A stretch of 63,439 nucleotides of DNA, taken from sequence record DRR378314_1256; one strand, written 5' to 3'. The number at the start of each line of letters is the position of its first letter. Positions within the stretch are counted from its first letter, which is position 1. Position numbers and translations under genes: made by a program. Below are positions 1 to 10,197 of this stretch, piece after piece. A model generated the notes under the pieces. The model was not told the DNA's origin. It made no database searches and saw only the letters and a list, made by a program, of their open reading frames with translations.

Positions 1-580
1 CTGGGGCGGTATGATCAACGGCATGATGACGCTTTCAGGGGCCTGGCACAAGCTGCGCACCGACCCGATCCTCCGTTTCCTCGTGGTGTCCCTGTCGTTC
101 TACGGCATGTCCACGTTTGAAGGCCCGATGATGGCCATCAAGACGGTTAACGCGCTGTCGCACAACACCGACTGGACCATTGGCCACGTGCATTCCGGCG
201 CTCTGGGCTGGGTTGCCATGATCAGTATCGGCGCCATCTACCACCTGATTCCCAAGCTGTGGGGCCTGCAGGCCATGTACAGCATCAGCCTCATCAATGT
301 CCATTTCTGGCTGGCGACCGTAGGCACCGTGCTCTACATCGTTGCCATGTGGGTAAACGGCATCATGCAGGGGCTCATGTGGCGCGCCGTCAATGAAGAC
401 GGAACGCTGACCTACAGCTTTGTGGAAGCCCTTGAAGCGTCCGAATCCGGCTATTTCGTGCGGTTCCTTGGCGGTGTGATTTTCCTGGCCGGTATGCTGG
501 TGATGGCATACAACGTGTACATGACCGTGCGTCAGAAAGAAGCCGTTGCTCAGGACAATACAGCAGCGCAAGCGGCGTAA
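1..580 (+). CDS. ccoN: cbb3-type cytochrome c oxidase subunit I, C-terminal part (truncated by window edge)
   Basis: [12 protein letters not shown] and [14 protein letters not shown] heme-copper oxidase motifs; directly upstream of ccoO. Confidence 0.97.
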   Translation, partial: WGGMINGMMTLSGAWHKLRTDPILRFLVVSLSFYGMSTFEGPMMAIKTVNALSHNTDWTIGHVHSGALGWVAMISIGAIYHLIPKLWGLQAMYSISLINVHFWLATVGTVLYIVAMWVNGIMQGLMWRAVNEDGTLTYSFVEALEASESGYFVRFLGGVIFLAGMLVMAYNVYMTVRQKEAVAQDNTAAQAA

Positions 581-595
581 CGGGAGACAGAGTCA

Positions 596-1204
596 ATGAA
601 ACACGAAATTGTTGAAAAGAACCTGGGGCTGATGATCGCGCTGATCATCTTCACCATCAGTGGTGGTTTTCTCGCAGAGGTGGTTCCACTGTTCTTCCTG
701 GAAGAAACCAACGAGCCGGTTGAAGGCCTTGAGCCTCTGTCGGCACTGGAACTGGAAGGCCGTGACATCTACATCCGTGAAGGCTGCCACGTTTGCCACA
801 CCCAGCAGATCCGTCCGTTCCGCGCGGAAACCGAGCGCTACGGCCATTACTCCGTAGCGGGCGAGTTTGTCTACGATCGTCCGTTCCTGTGGGGGTCCAA
901 ACGTACTGGTCCTGACCTGGCCCGTGTCGGTGGTCGCTATTCCGACGCCTGGCAGCGCCAGCACCTATACGATCCTCGGAGTGTCGTGCCTGAATCCAAC
1001 ATGCCCGCTTTCCCGTGGCTGTTCGAAGATCGCATTGATCACAAGAGCACCGAGGCCAAGCTGAAGACACTTCAGACCTTGGGCGTGCCCTACACCGATG
1101 AGCAAGTTGCCGGTGCGGCCGAAGAGGTCAGGGGCAAGTTCGAAATCGAAGCCCTGGTGGCGTACCTGCAGCAGCTTGGTACCGTGATTTCAGATAAACG
1201 GTGA
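596..1204 (+). CDS. ccoO: cbb3-type cytochrome c oxidase subunit II
   Basis: [14 protein letters not shown] heme motif, [18 protein letters not shown]; operon position. Confidence 0.97.
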   Translation: MKHEIVEKNLGLMIALIIFTISGGFLAEVVPLFFLEETNEPVEGLEPLSALELEGRDIYIREGCHVCHTQQIRPFRAETERYGHYSVAGEFVYDRPFLWGSKRTGPDLARVGGRYSDAWQRQHLYDPRSVVPESNMPAFPWLFEDRIDHKSTEAKLKTLQTLGVPYTDEQVAGAAEEVRGKFEIEALVAYLQQLGTVISDKR

Positions 1205-1209
1205 TCCCC

Positions 1210-1395
1210 ATGGATATTAACGAGTTACGCGGCATTCACTCACTGGTCATTATGGCCATGTTCCTTGGCATCATCTGGTGGGCCTACAGCGCCCACCGGA
1301 AGCAGCCCAACGACGAGGCGGCCCACCTGCCCTTCGACGATGACGACGTGGAAAAGCGTACTCTTGAACAGGAACAGACGGAGAATAAGCAATGA
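1210..1395 (+). CDS. ccoQ: cbb3-type cytochrome c oxidase subunit CcoQ
   Basis: Small single-TM protein (FLGIIWWAY...EAAHLPF) between ccoO and ccoP; ATG at 1210. Confidence 0.92.
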   Translation: MDINELRGIHSLVIMAMFLGIIWWAYSAHRKQPNDEAAHLPFDDDDVEKRTLEQEQTENKQ

Positions 1396-2282
1396 GTACC
1401 TTCTGGAGCATCTGGATCAGTGTGATCGTGCTCGGTACCGTGTTTGGCTGCTGGTGGCTGCTCTATGCCACCCGCAAGGGCCAGAGCAGCGATACTGAAA
1501 CCAACAAGACCGTTGGCCATTCGTTCGATGGCATTGAGGAATACGACAACCCACTGCCAAAGTGGTGGTATTACCTCTTTATAGCGACCTGTGTTTTCTC
1601 GCTGGGTTACCTCGCCCTCTACCCGGGCCTGGGAAATTACAAAGGCTTGTTGGGTTGGACCTCAGCCAACCAGTGGGAGGCCGAAGTACAGCAGGCCGAC
1701 GCCCGTTACGGCGAGCTCTACGCCAAGTATGGTGACACACCGGTGGCCGAACTGGCTGAGAACGACGACGCCATGCAAATGGGCCAGCGGTTGTTCTCGA
1801 ACAACTGTGCCGTCTGCCACGGCTCCGCCGGGCGCGGCTCCCTCGGGTTTCCCAACCTGACGGATGACGACTGGCTGTACGGCGGCGACCCGGACACCAT
1901 CCTGACCACCCTGCACCAGGGTCGTAACGGTAACATGCCCGCCAAAGGCACTATGCCGGGCATGACCTCTGAACAGGTTGATCAGGTCGTCAACTACGTT
2001 CTCAGTTTCAGTGACCGTGCAAAAGATGAGGAAGCTGCTGCCAAGGGAGAGCAGGTCTTTGCGCAGGCGTGCGTGGCCTGTCATGGTCAGGACGGCAAGG
2101 GCAACCAGGCCATGGGCGCTCCGAACCTCACCGACAATACCTGGCTGTACGGTTCTACCTATGAGTGGATCAAGGAAACCGTGGTGAACGGTCGTGCAAA
2201 CCAGATGCCCGCACAGGGTGGCCGGCTTTCCGACGACCAGATCCAGATCCTGGCTGCATACGTCTACAGTCTGTCCAACTGA
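1392..2282 (+). CDS. ccoP: cbb3-type cytochrome c oxidase subunit III (diheme)
   Basis: GHSFDGIEEYDNPLPKWW, two CxxCH (CAVCH, CVACH), ATGA overlap with ccoQ. Confidence 0.97.
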   Translation: MSTFWSIWISVIVLGTVFGCWWLLYATRKGQSSDTETNKTVGHSFDGIEEYDNPLPKWWYYLFIATCVFSLGYLALYPGLGNYKGLLGWTSANQWEAEVQQADARYGELYAKYGDTPVAELAENDDAMQMGQRLFSNNCAVCHGSAGRGSLGFPNLTDDDWLYGGDPDTILTTLHQGRNGNMPAKGTMPGMTSEQVDQVVNYVLSFSDRAKDEEAAAKGEQVFAQACVACHGQDGKGNQAMGAPNLTDNTWLYGSTYEWIKETVVNGRANQMPAQGGRLSDDQIQILAAYVYSLSN

Positions 2283-2288
2283 GTTACC

Positions 2289-2309
2289 GGCCGGGACCCT
2301 GTCCCGGCC
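2289..2309 (+). terminator. GC-rich hairpin after ccoP (terminator or mRNA-stabilising stem)
   Basis: GGCCGGGAC-cct-GTCCCGGCC perfect 9-bp inverted repeat just after the stop; no long U tract. Confidence 0.5.
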
Positions 2310-2413
2310 CGGTCTGCTCAACCCTTGGCCTGCATCTGCGGACCAAGGCTTGAGAAGATCGCCTGCCACACAGCCCACTGTGAACAAGGGCACCACATCA
2401 TCGGGAGGTAACG

Positions 2414-3847
2414 ATGAGCAGTGAGATTCCGGTCAAACAGATTGACCCATCCTCTGACACCTCCGACAACAATAAAAACACCGGAACTGTCGACCTATAC
2501 GCTAGCCGCAAAAAGATCTACGTCAAGGAGGTCAAGAAGGGCTTCTTTCAGCGTATCCGGAATGTCAGCCTGACAGCCCTGATGGGCATGTACTTCCTGT
2601 TCGTCTGGTTCACCATGGATGGGCAGCCGCTGATTCATTTCGATCTCCCGGCCCGGGAATTCCATCTCTACGGAACCACGTTCTATCCCCAGGACTTCAT
2701 CCTGCTGTCGGGCATGCTGATCATCGCGGCTTTTGGCCTGTTTTTTATCACCACGCTGTTTGGCCGTGTCTGGTGCGGCTATACCTGCCCGCAAACCGTG
2801 TGGACGTTTATCTTCATGTGGGTTGAGGAGCGTATAGAAGGCAGCCGAAACAAGCGGATGAAGCTGGACAAGGCACCCCGTTCCGCCGAGAAAATCGCCA
2901 AGAAATCCGCGAAACATTCCGCTTGGCTGCTGATTGCACTCGCCACCGGCCTGACGTTTGTCGGTTACTTCTACCCCATCCGAGAGCTCATCGCGGATCT
3001 GTTTACCCTGCAGGCCAACGGTTGGGCGTATTTCTGGGTTGCCTTCTTTACAGCCGCCACTTACCTCAACGCGGGCTGGATGCGCGAACAGGTATGCCTG
3101 TACATGTGCCCCTATGCGCGCTTCCAGTCCGTCATGTTCGACCCCGATACCCGCGTGGTGTCCTACGACCCCAACCGGGGAGAGCCCCGCGGTGGTCGCA
3201 AGAAAGGCGTTGAACCCTCGGAACTGGGCCTCGGCGACTGTATCGACTGCGGCCAATGCGTTCAGGTCTGCCCTACCGGCATCGATATCCGTGACGGGTT
3301 GCAGTACGAGTGCATTGGCTGCGCGCTGTGCATTGATGCGTGTGACGAGGTCATGGACAAGATGGAGTATCCGCGTGGGCTGATTCGCTATACCACCGAG
3401 AACGAGCTCGAAGCCAAAACCTCGAAGCTGATGAGGCCGCGCACCTTCGGCTACGGCTTTGTTTTGCTGCTGATGGTTTCAGCCCTCATCTTCACGATTG
3501 TCACCCGCGTTCCGGCGCAGCTCGACGTATTGAGGGATCGCGGCGCCCTCTTCAGCTTTAACGGTGAAGGCCGAATCGAGAACACCTACACGCTGAAAGT
3601 CGCCAACATGTCGGAAGTACCGCACACCTTCACGATTTCCGTGTCCGGACTGGAAGGCATCCGATTGCTGACCACTGACACCATAACCGTGGCGAGCAGT
3701 GAAAACCGGGCTCTGCCCACTGTCGTGGATGTCGCACCCGAAAGCATCTCGGAAAGCAACAATGCCATTGTCTTCACCCTTGAATCACAATCCGACGAAT
3801 CGCTCGTTCTTGAAACCGAAAGCCGATTTGTCGGTCCAAATCGCTGA
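2414..3847 (+). CDS. ccoG: Cytochrome c oxidase accessory protein CcoG (4Fe-4S membrane protein, cupric reductase family)
   Basis: GRVWCGYTCPQT, CLYMCPY, CIDCGQCVQVCP and CIGCALCIDAC ferredoxin motifs. Confidence 0.96.
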   Translation: MSSEIPVKQIDPSSDTSDNNKNTGTVDLYASRKKIYVKEVKKGFFQRIRNVSLTALMGMYFLFVWFTMDGQPLIHFDLPAREFHLYGTTFYPQDFILLSGMLIIAAFGLFFITTLFGRVWCGYTCPQTVWTFIFMWVEERIEGSRNKRMKLDKAPRSAEKIAKKSAKHSAWLLIALATGLTFVGYFYPIRELIADLFTLQANGWAYFWVAFFTAATYLNAGWMREQVCLYMCPYARFQSVMFDPDTRVVSYDPNRGEPRGGRKKGVEPSELGLGDCIDCGQCVQVCPTGIDIRDGLQYECIGCALCIDACDEVMDKMEYPRGLIRYTTENELEAKTSKLMRPRTFGYGFVLLLMVSALIFTIVTRVPAQLDVLRDRGALFSFNGEGRIENTYTLKVANMSEVPHTFTISVSGLEGIRLLTTDTITVASSENRALPTVVDVAPESISESNNAIVFTLESQSDESLVLETESRFVGPNR

Positions 3848-3891
3848 TTTCCTGGCGTCAACGTGGGAGAGCAGCTTTGAGAGACAGCTTT

Positions 3892-4407
3892 ATGACTGAA
3901 AATGCACCCGTAATTCCCTGGTACCGGCAACCCTGGCTCTGGTTCCTGCTGATCTTTCCCGGGGCCGCTATTATCTGGTGCTCCATTGCCATCACGATAG
4001 CGATGAATACCGACAATTCCATGGTCACCGATGATTACTCGAAGGAGGGTCGAGGGATCAATATGGAGATCGCCCGTGACCAGAAGGCCAAGGACCTGGG
4101 CCTGGCGGCGGATATGACGTTTGGCAAACGGGAAATCACACTAACCATGGATACCGCCAGCGGGCCAGCGGACTACCCTTACCTGATTCTGAGCCTGTAC
4201 CACCCGACCATGTCAGAGCGTGACCGCACCATACAGTTCCGGACAATCGGTGAAGGACAGTACAGCGCGTCTTTGCATCAACCGATTGAGGGCCGTTGGT
4301 ATTTTGACCTGCGCGGCCCCGACAACCAATGGCGACTGAAGGGTGAGTCGAGCCTGCCATCCCAACGCTCCCTGAGCCTCGGTGTGGGCACAGAAGACCG
4401 CGGGTGA
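3892..4407 (+). CDS. ccoH: FixH/CcoH family protein
   Basis: PWYRQPWLWFL N-terminus, VTDDYSKEGRGIN; position between ccoG and ccoI. Confidence 0.9.
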   Translation: MTENAPVIPWYRQPWLWFLLIFPGAAIIWCSIAITIAMNTDNSMVTDDYSKEGRGINMEIARDQKAKDLGLAADMTFGKREITLTMDTASGPADYPYLILSLYHPTMSERDRTIQFRTIGEGQYSASLHQPIEGRWYFDLRGPDNQWRLKGESSLPSQRSLSLGVGTEDRG

Positions 4408-6854
4408 CCCCCTTGGACTGCTATCACTGTGGTGAGCCGGCGAACGGCACGCCATCCATCACCCTGACACTCGAAGGCGAGTTGCGACACTTCTGCTGCC
4501 TTGGGTGCAAGGCAGTCTGCGAGACCATTCGGGCCGAAGGGCTTACCGGGTTCTACCAGTTCCGAACCGAGCCGGCGGTTACCCCGAAGGAACTCAGTGA
4601 TTCCGAGCGGAACCGGATCCGTGAGCTGGATCATCCCCTGGTCCAGAAATCCTTTGTTTCCCCAGTCACCGCCGGCCAGGAAGCCACCTTGCTTGTAAGC
4701 GGCATTACCTGCGCCGCCTGCATCTGGTTGCTGGAAAACCATATGGCCAAACAACCGGGTGTGGTGTCGTTTTCCGTTAACCATAGCACCCAGCGTGCTC
4801 GGCTGGTCTGGAACCCGGAGCACTCAAAGCTCAGCCAATTGCTGATTGCCGTCCACGAACTGGGCTACCGCGCCCGTCCCTATCAGGCCGATGAGGCCGA
4901 GAAAGCCCTGAAGGCGGAGCATCGCTCCGCACTGATCCGCCTGGCCGTGGCAGGTATAGGTGCGTTCCAGAGCATGATGCTGGCCTTCCCGCTGTATTTC
5001 GAGCTGGTGAACGACCTGTCACCGGAGTTTGTCAGTTTTTTCCGCTGGTTCAGTCTTCTCGTCGCCACCCCCGTGGTTCTTTACAGCGCACGACCGTTCT
5101 TTACCAACGCACTCAGGGACATTCGCAGCCGGCACCTGACCATGGATGTGCCGGTGGCCACCGCTATCGGCCTGGCCTATGTTGCCAGTGCCTGGGTGAC
5201 GGTCTTTGGCGGCGAGGAAGTCTATTTCGAGTCCGTCTGCATGTTCACCTTTTTCCTGCAGCTTGGCCGCTACATCGAGATGCAGGCCCGTTACCGAGCA
5301 GGACTGACCGGTAACGCGCTGGCCGGTTTCCAACCCACGGTCGCCAACCGTGTCCGGGGCGATGACAGTGAGGTTGTCGCCACCCAGGACCTGGTGGCCG
5401 GAGACGTTATTCGCATCAGGCCCGGAGAGACATTGCCCGCCGACGGCGTGATCGTCAGCGGGCACTCCACCCTCAACGAAGCCGCCTTGACGGGCGAATA
5501 TCTGCCGGAAACCCGCCGAGAGGGCGATCCTGTCCACGCTGGCAGCATCAACGGTGAGAACCCTTTGGAGATTGAGGTTCGCCGCGCGGGCGCTCAAACC
5601 CGACTGTCCGGCATTTTGCGGGTTCTGGACCGGGTGCAGGCCGAAAAGCCACCCGTTGCCTTGACGGCCGACCGTATTGCCGGTGTGTTTGTCAGCCGCG
5701 TGCTGATCCTGGCCCCGCTTATCTGGATTGGCTGGTGGCTGGCGGGTGCCGATAACGCCTTCGACATTACACTCTCTGTCCTGGTGGTGACCTGCCCCTG
5801 CGCTCTGTCACTCGCCACTCCGACGGCGATTACGTCGGCAACCATGAGGCTTCGAAAGCTCGGCTTCCTCCCCACGCGAGGACATACCCTGGAATCCCTG
5901 AATACCATAGATACGGTGATATTCGATAAAACCGGGACCCTCACCCGAGGCGAACTCAGCCTGGTGGACACCCGCGTGTTCGGTACTCTTGATGTCGATC
6001 GGTGCCTGCAACTGGCAGCCAGCCTGGAAAATCATTCCGAGCACCCCATCGCCAGGGTATTTCACCCGATATCCGGTGGCAGCGCCGCCAGGCAGGTACA
6101 GAATCACTTGGGTGGAGGCCTGTCGGGGGAGGTGGACGGCGTCCGCCTTTACATTGGCCACCGCGATTTCGTCAAAGACAAGGTTAATCGCCCGGCACCG
6201 GAGACGGACTCGTCCCACGGTATGGAGATATGGTTGGCCACGAACGATGACTGGCTGGCCCGGTTCACGCTGGACGACGAGCCCAGACCGGACGCGAGCG
6301 AGGCCGTGCAGGCACTGCAGCGTGCCGGAATGAGAACCATCCTGCTCAGCGGCGACCGCTCGGGCCATGTGGAGCAGATTGCGCGGAGGCTGGGCATTGA
6401 CGAAGCGATCGGCCAGGCTTCGCCGGAAGACAAGCTCCAGGTGCTGGAGACACTCCGTGACGAGGGCCGTCATATCATGATGGTTGGCGATGGGCTCAAT
6501 GACCTCCCCTCCATGGCCGGTGCGGGCGTGTCCGTTGCCATGGGAACCGCCGCAGACCTGACCCAGCTCAAGGCCGATGCCGTCCTGTTGAGCGGCCAAC
6601 TGACGCAACTGCCAGAAGCCCTGAAAGCCAGCCAGGATACACGCCGCGTCATCCGCCAGAACATGGCCTGGGCACTGACCTACAACGTCTGTGCGTTGCC
6701 CCTGGCGGCGGCCGGCCTGGTGCCGCCCTGGCTGGCCGCCATCGGTATGTCCCTGAGCTCACTGGTGGTCGTACTCAATGCCATGCGACTGGGCAGGCCA
6801 GGTGGCAACCACGCGCCATCCAACGTGGCGGTTGGCGCCGAAGCAACGTCCTGA
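4404..6854 (+). CDS. ccoI: Copper-translocating P1B-type ATPase CcoI/FixI
   Basis: CYHC/CCLGC and GITCAAC metal-binding sites, TGE, CPCAL, DKTGTLT, HP, GDGLND. Confidence 0.96.
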   Translation: MTPLDCYHCGEPANGTPSITLTLEGELRHFCCLGCKAVCETIRAEGLTGFYQFRTEPAVTPKELSDSERNRIRELDHPLVQKSFVSPVTAGQEATLLVSGITCAACIWLLENHMAKQPGVVSFSVNHSTQRARLVWNPEHSKLSQLLIAVHELGYRARPYQADEAEKALKAEHRSALIRLAVAGIGAFQSMMLAFPLYFELVNDLSPEFVSFFRWFSLLVATPVVLYSARPFFTNALRDIRSRHLTMDVPVATAIGLAYVASAWVTVFGGEEVYFESVCMFTFFLQLGRYIEMQARYRAGLTGNALAGFQPTVANRVRGDDSEVVATQDLVAGDVIRIRPGETLPADGVIVSGHSTLNEAALTGEYLPETRREGDPVHAGSINGENPLEIEVRRAGAQTRLSGILRVLDRVQAEKPPVALTADRIAGVFVSRVLILAPLIWIGWWLAGADNAFDITLSVLVVTCPCALSLATPTAITSATMRLRKLGFLPTRGHTLESLNTIDTVIFDKTGTLTRGELSLVDTRVFGTLDVDRCLQLAASLENHSEHPIARVFHPISGGSAARQVQNHLGGGLSGEVDGVRLYIGHRDFVKDKVNRPAPETDSSHGMEIWLATNDDWLARFTLDDEPRPDASEAVQALQRAGMRTILLSGDRSGHVEQIARRLGIDEAIGQASPEDKLQVLETLRDEGRHIMMVGDGLNDLPSMAGAGVSVAMGTAADLTQLKADAVLLSGQLTQLPEALKASQDTRRVIRQNMAWALTYNVCALPLAAAGLVPPWLAAIGMSLSSLVVVLNAMRLGRPGGNHAPSNVAVGAEATS

Positions 6855-6896
6855 TACCGTAATCACTGAATCACTCAACGTTTCCGAGGTAGCTCT

Positions 6897-7118
6897 GTGC
6901 AAATCGTAATGATCCTGGTTCCGGTCATGCTGATACTGGTGGCACTGGGCATCCTGTTGTTCTCATGGGCTGTCAAGAACGGCCAGTATGACGACCTTGA
7001 TGGGCCGGCCCATCGCATCCTCTATGACGATGACAAAGACATGATCCCGGACGACGCCAAACAGCCCAAGCAGGACGCTAACTCTACCGAGGAGCCGGGC
7101 GACAGCCACAAATCCTGA
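6897..7118 (+). CDS. ccoS: cbb3 oxidase maturation protein CcoS
   Basis: N-terminal TM followed by WAVKNGQYDDLDGPAHRIL. Confidence 0.93.
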   Translation: MQIVMILVPVMLILVALGILLFSWAVKNGQYDDLDGPAHRILYDDDKDMIPDDAKQPKQDANSTEEPGDSHKS

Positions 7119-7816
7119 TGGGCGAAGAACTTTACCTGAGTTATTCCAGCGCCTTCCTGATTGGCCTGCTGGGAAGCACCCATTGCCTGAGTATGTGCGG
7201 CGGGATCAGCGCGTCCCTGTCTATGGCACTGCCCGTCGGCCGGGGCTTTCGTGCTCGCCAGACCGGCATGCTGCTCGCCTTCAATGGCGGGCGGATTGGC
7301 AGCTATGCGGCGATTGCCGCCCTCATCGCGTTATTGAGCACCAGTGCGGCAGCCTACTGGACGCAACTTGGCCCGATACTTCGAACACTGGCGGGAATTC
7401 TGCTGATCCTGATGGGGCTGTCCATGGGGCAATGGTGGCAGGGCATTCGCTACGTGGAACGCATCGGCGCCCCCGTCTGGAAGCGACTGCAGCCTCTCAC
7501 CGCCCGGGTGCTGCCGGTGCATCATTTCCACCAGGCTCTCATTCTCGGCACGCTCTGGGGCTGGTTACCCTGCGGGCTGGTCTACAGCACCCTCGGCTGG
7601 GCCGCCTTGCAACCCAGTGTGGGCAGCGCCGCCGCCACCATGCTGTTCTTCGGCCTCGGAACCCTGCCCTCCATGCTGGCCACCGGCTATGCCGCTACCT
7701 GGATACGCAAACTGCGGGAACACACACACTTTCGGCGGATTGCCGCGCTGTTACTGATCGGTTTCGGTGTCTGGACCCTTCCCGTGACCGCCATCCTGCA
7801 CTCAGGGCATGGGTAG
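7118..7816 (+). CDS. DsbD_2 / TauE-SafE-like membrane protein associated with cco operons
   Basis: HCLSMCGG, GWLPCGLVY, FGLGTLP motifs; multiple TMs. Confidence 0.88.
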   Translation: MGEELYLSYSSAFLIGLLGSTHCLSMCGGISASLSMALPVGRGFRARQTGMLLAFNGGRIGSYAAIAALIALLSTSAAAYWTQLGPILRTLAGILLILMGLSMGQWWQGIRYVERIGAPVWKRLQPLTARVLPVHHFHQALILGTLWGWLPCGLVYSTLGWAALQPSVGSAAATMLFFGLGTLPSMLATGYAATWIRKLREHTHFRRIAALLLIGFGVWTLPVTAILHSGHG

Positions 7817-7843
7817 ACGGCACACCGAATACCCCGAGCCCCG

Positions 7844-8755
7844 TCAGATATTAAGTACGTCCAGGCGCCCAAAATTCGGTGTCTGCGGCTCGACAGCACC
7901 GGCGCTCCGGCTCGGCGCGTCATGACGGCGACCCTCGCGGAAGTCATACAGGGAGTTATCGGCCAGGTGTGACGGCTCAACGTTGCACAGGGCCCGGAAC
8001 ATGGATTCCAGGCGCCCGGGGTGCTGCTTGTCCCAGCTCTGGAACATATCCTTGATCACCTGTCGCTGCAGGTTCTCCTGGGAACCGCACAGGTTGCAGG
8101 GAATGATCGGGAACTCGCGCAAGCTCGCATAGCGGGCAATGTCTTTCTCGCGGCTGTAAGCCAACGGACGAATCACCGTGTTCCGCCCGTCGTCACTGTG
8201 GAGAACCGGCGGCATGGATTTCAGCTTGCCACCATAGAACATGTTCAGGAACAGCGTTTCCAGGAGATCGTCGCGATGGTGCCCCAAAGCAATCTTGGTA
8301 ACGCCGTGTTCTTCCGCAAAATTATAGAGAATTCCGCGACGTAGGCGGGAACAAAGTCCACACGTGGTCTTCCCTTCCGGCACTTTTTCCTTAACAATAC
8401 TGTAGGTGTCCTTCTCGATGATGTGGTACTCAATACCGAGGGCCGAAAGGTACTCAGGCAGCACTTCCTCGGGGAAACCGGGTTGCTTCTGGTCCAGGTT
8501 CACGGCAATCAGCTCAAAACGCACTGGCGCGCTCTTCTGGAGGTTCAGCAGAATATCGAGCATGGCATAGGAGTCTTTGCCGCCTGACAGGCAACACATG
8601 ACTTTGTCGCCAGCCTCGATCATCGAGAAATCAGCAATTGCCTGCCCCATTTCCCGGCGCAGGCGCTTCTGCAGCTTGTTCAGTTCCAGTTTCCGCTTAC
8701 GCTCCGCTTCGGGAGCCTGGGCCGTTTCGGAGTTGGCAGTTATTGCTTCGGACAT
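7844..8755 (-). CDS. ttcA: tRNA 2-thiocytidine(32) synthetase
   Basis: PP-loop SGGKDS, CGLC and CNLC motifs, LGHHRDD. Confidence 0.96.
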   Translation of the reverse strand: MSEAITANSETAQAPEAERKRKLELNKLQKRLRREMGQAIADFSMIEAGDKVMCCLSGGKDSYAMLDILLNLQKSAPVRFELIAVNLDQKQPGFPEEVLPEYLSALGIEYHIIEKDTYSIVKEKVPEGKTTCGLCSRLRRGILYNFAEEHGVTKIALGHHRDDLLETLFLNMFYGGKLKSMPPVLHSDDGRNTVIRPLAYSREKDIARYASLREFPIIPCNLCGSQENLQRQVIKDMFQSWDKQHPGRLESMFRALCNVEPSHLADNSLYDFREGRRHDAPSRSAGAVEPQTPNFGRLDVLNI

Positions 8756-8828
8756 AAAAAACGTCGTTCATAAGGTCAGTGAGCGTCGGATTATACGCGT
8801 GCAAATGTTCCAGGGACAGGATACAGAC

Positions 8829-9473
8829 ATGGATATGTTAGACACAAAACCGGAAGCCACCGGTAAACGCGAATTCAACCGCATTCGCAACCGCAGTGCC
8901 ATTCTTGATGCAGCGCGGGAGTGCTTCCGGGAACGGGGGTACGACAACTCCACCATTCGCGATATCGTACGCCGCACCGGCCTCGCGGCTGGCACGTTCT
9001 ACAATTACTTTTCCAGCAAACAGGATATTTTCGCGGCCCTGTTGACGGACTTTCTCAGCGGCCTGAATCACAATCTCACCGAGTGCCGGAAATCCGCCAA
9101 TTCTGCCGAAGATTTCATCTATTTCGCGTATCTGTCGCTGTTCCGGGCCACCGCCAGCGACCCTCTGGTCTACGAACTCGCCCACCGGAACGACCGCGCC
9201 ATTCGGGAACTGTTCGGCTCGGACATTCTCGGGCTTGCCATGCTCTCCCTTGAGGAAGACGTCAGGAACGCCGTGGAGCGTGGCCTGCTGCCCGAACTGG
9301 ATGAAGAATACCTGTGCGCCGCCTTTTTCGGTGTGGGATACGAACTCAGCCTGCGCCTGGCCTACCGAGCTCATAAGCGGCCTGCCGAGGCGGAAGCCGA
9401 GGCCAGGAACGCCACCCGGTTCGCCACGGACCTGTTCCTGAAAGGGCTGGAGCGAGACATGCCCCTTCCGTAA
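8829..9473 (+). CDS. TetR/AcrR family transcriptional regulator (start uncertain: 8805/8829/8835)
   Basis: ILDAARECFRERGYDNSTIRDIVRRTGLAAGTFYNYFSSKQD HTH. Confidence 0.9.
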   Translation: MDMLDTKPEATGKREFNRIRNRSAILDAARECFRERGYDNSTIRDIVRRTGLAAGTFYNYFSSKQDIFAALLTDFLSGLNHNLTECRKSANSAEDFIYFAYLSLFRATASDPLVYELAHRNDRAIRELFGSDILGLAMLSLEEDVRNAVERGLLPELDEEYLCAAFFGVGYELSLRLAYRAHKRPAEAEAEARNATRFATDLFLKGLERDMPLP

Positions 9474-9500
9474 CGGCGCCCCGTCGCCTACCATTGAGGC

Positions 9501-10163
9501 ATGAACCAACCCGATACCGCTACACAGGGCGCACCGGCGCGAGACGCCGATGCGTCAAATGAGGCCCTGAGCTTTCAGATTCAGCACCTGCTGGTCGCCA
9601 CCGAGCACATTCTTCGGGGGCACCCCGCGGGAATCAACGAACTGGGACTCATCAAGACCCTGCAAAAGCCGCCGTGGGAGCTGATTGGCCCGGTCAATTT
9701 CGGTGAACCGGACAAGCTCTATCCGGTTCATTTCCTGCTGTTCCATGTCTTGTATCGGCTACGGGACCAGCTTGCCGCGGGCGGCGAAACACTGACCATT
9801 TCACCATTGGTGATCCAACTCCGAAACAGCGATGTCGTGGCCGGTTACGGCGTGCCGGACCGAATGGACGAGTTGCGGAAATTCTATCTAGACCTGTCCA
9901 AGTACGAGCTGCCGGAAGACGCGATAAACCGGATGATGGACGATTTCTGGTCTGGGCGCAGTGGCTACCGACCCGCAGACACGGAGGCTCGCGAAGCAGC
10001 GGAAGTCCTGGGGTTTGAATCAATCCCGACAGGCTTTGACGACGTAAAACAACGCTTCCGGCGTGCGGTGATGCACGCACATCCGGACCGGGGTGGCGAA
10101 ACCGAAGCCATCCAGGACCTGAACCAGGCCTTCGCCGTGCTGAAGGCACACTTTCGGACCTGA
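9501..10163 (+). CDS. DnaJ-related protein (N-terminal DNAJ_related domain, C-terminal J domain)
   Basis: HFLLFHVLYRLR, C-terminal HPDRGG J-domain motif. Confidence 0.85.
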   Translation: MNQPDTATQGAPARDADASNEALSFQIQHLLVATEHILRGHPAGINELGLIKTLQKPPWELIGPVNFGEPDKLYPVHFLLFHVLYRLRDQLAAGGETLTISPLVIQLRNSDVVAGYGVPDRMDELRKFYLDLSKYELPEDAINRMMDDFWSGRSGYRPADTEAREAAEVLGFESIPTGFDDVKQRFRRAVMHAHPDRGGETEAIQDLNQAFAVLKAHFRT

Positions 10164-10197
10164 ATACACCGGACCTCCAGATTTCAAGGACAGCTCA

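Noticed and set aside
2310-2413. FNR/Anr box upstream of ccoG
   Set aside because: No convincing TTGAT-N4-ATCAA match
8577-8804. N-terminal extension of the TetR ORF; likewise the extensions of eno (to 60416), ExbB (to 24704) and the large TPR gene (to 28694)
   Set aside because: They overlap neighbouring genes or regulatory DNA; downstream starts fit RBS position and family length better
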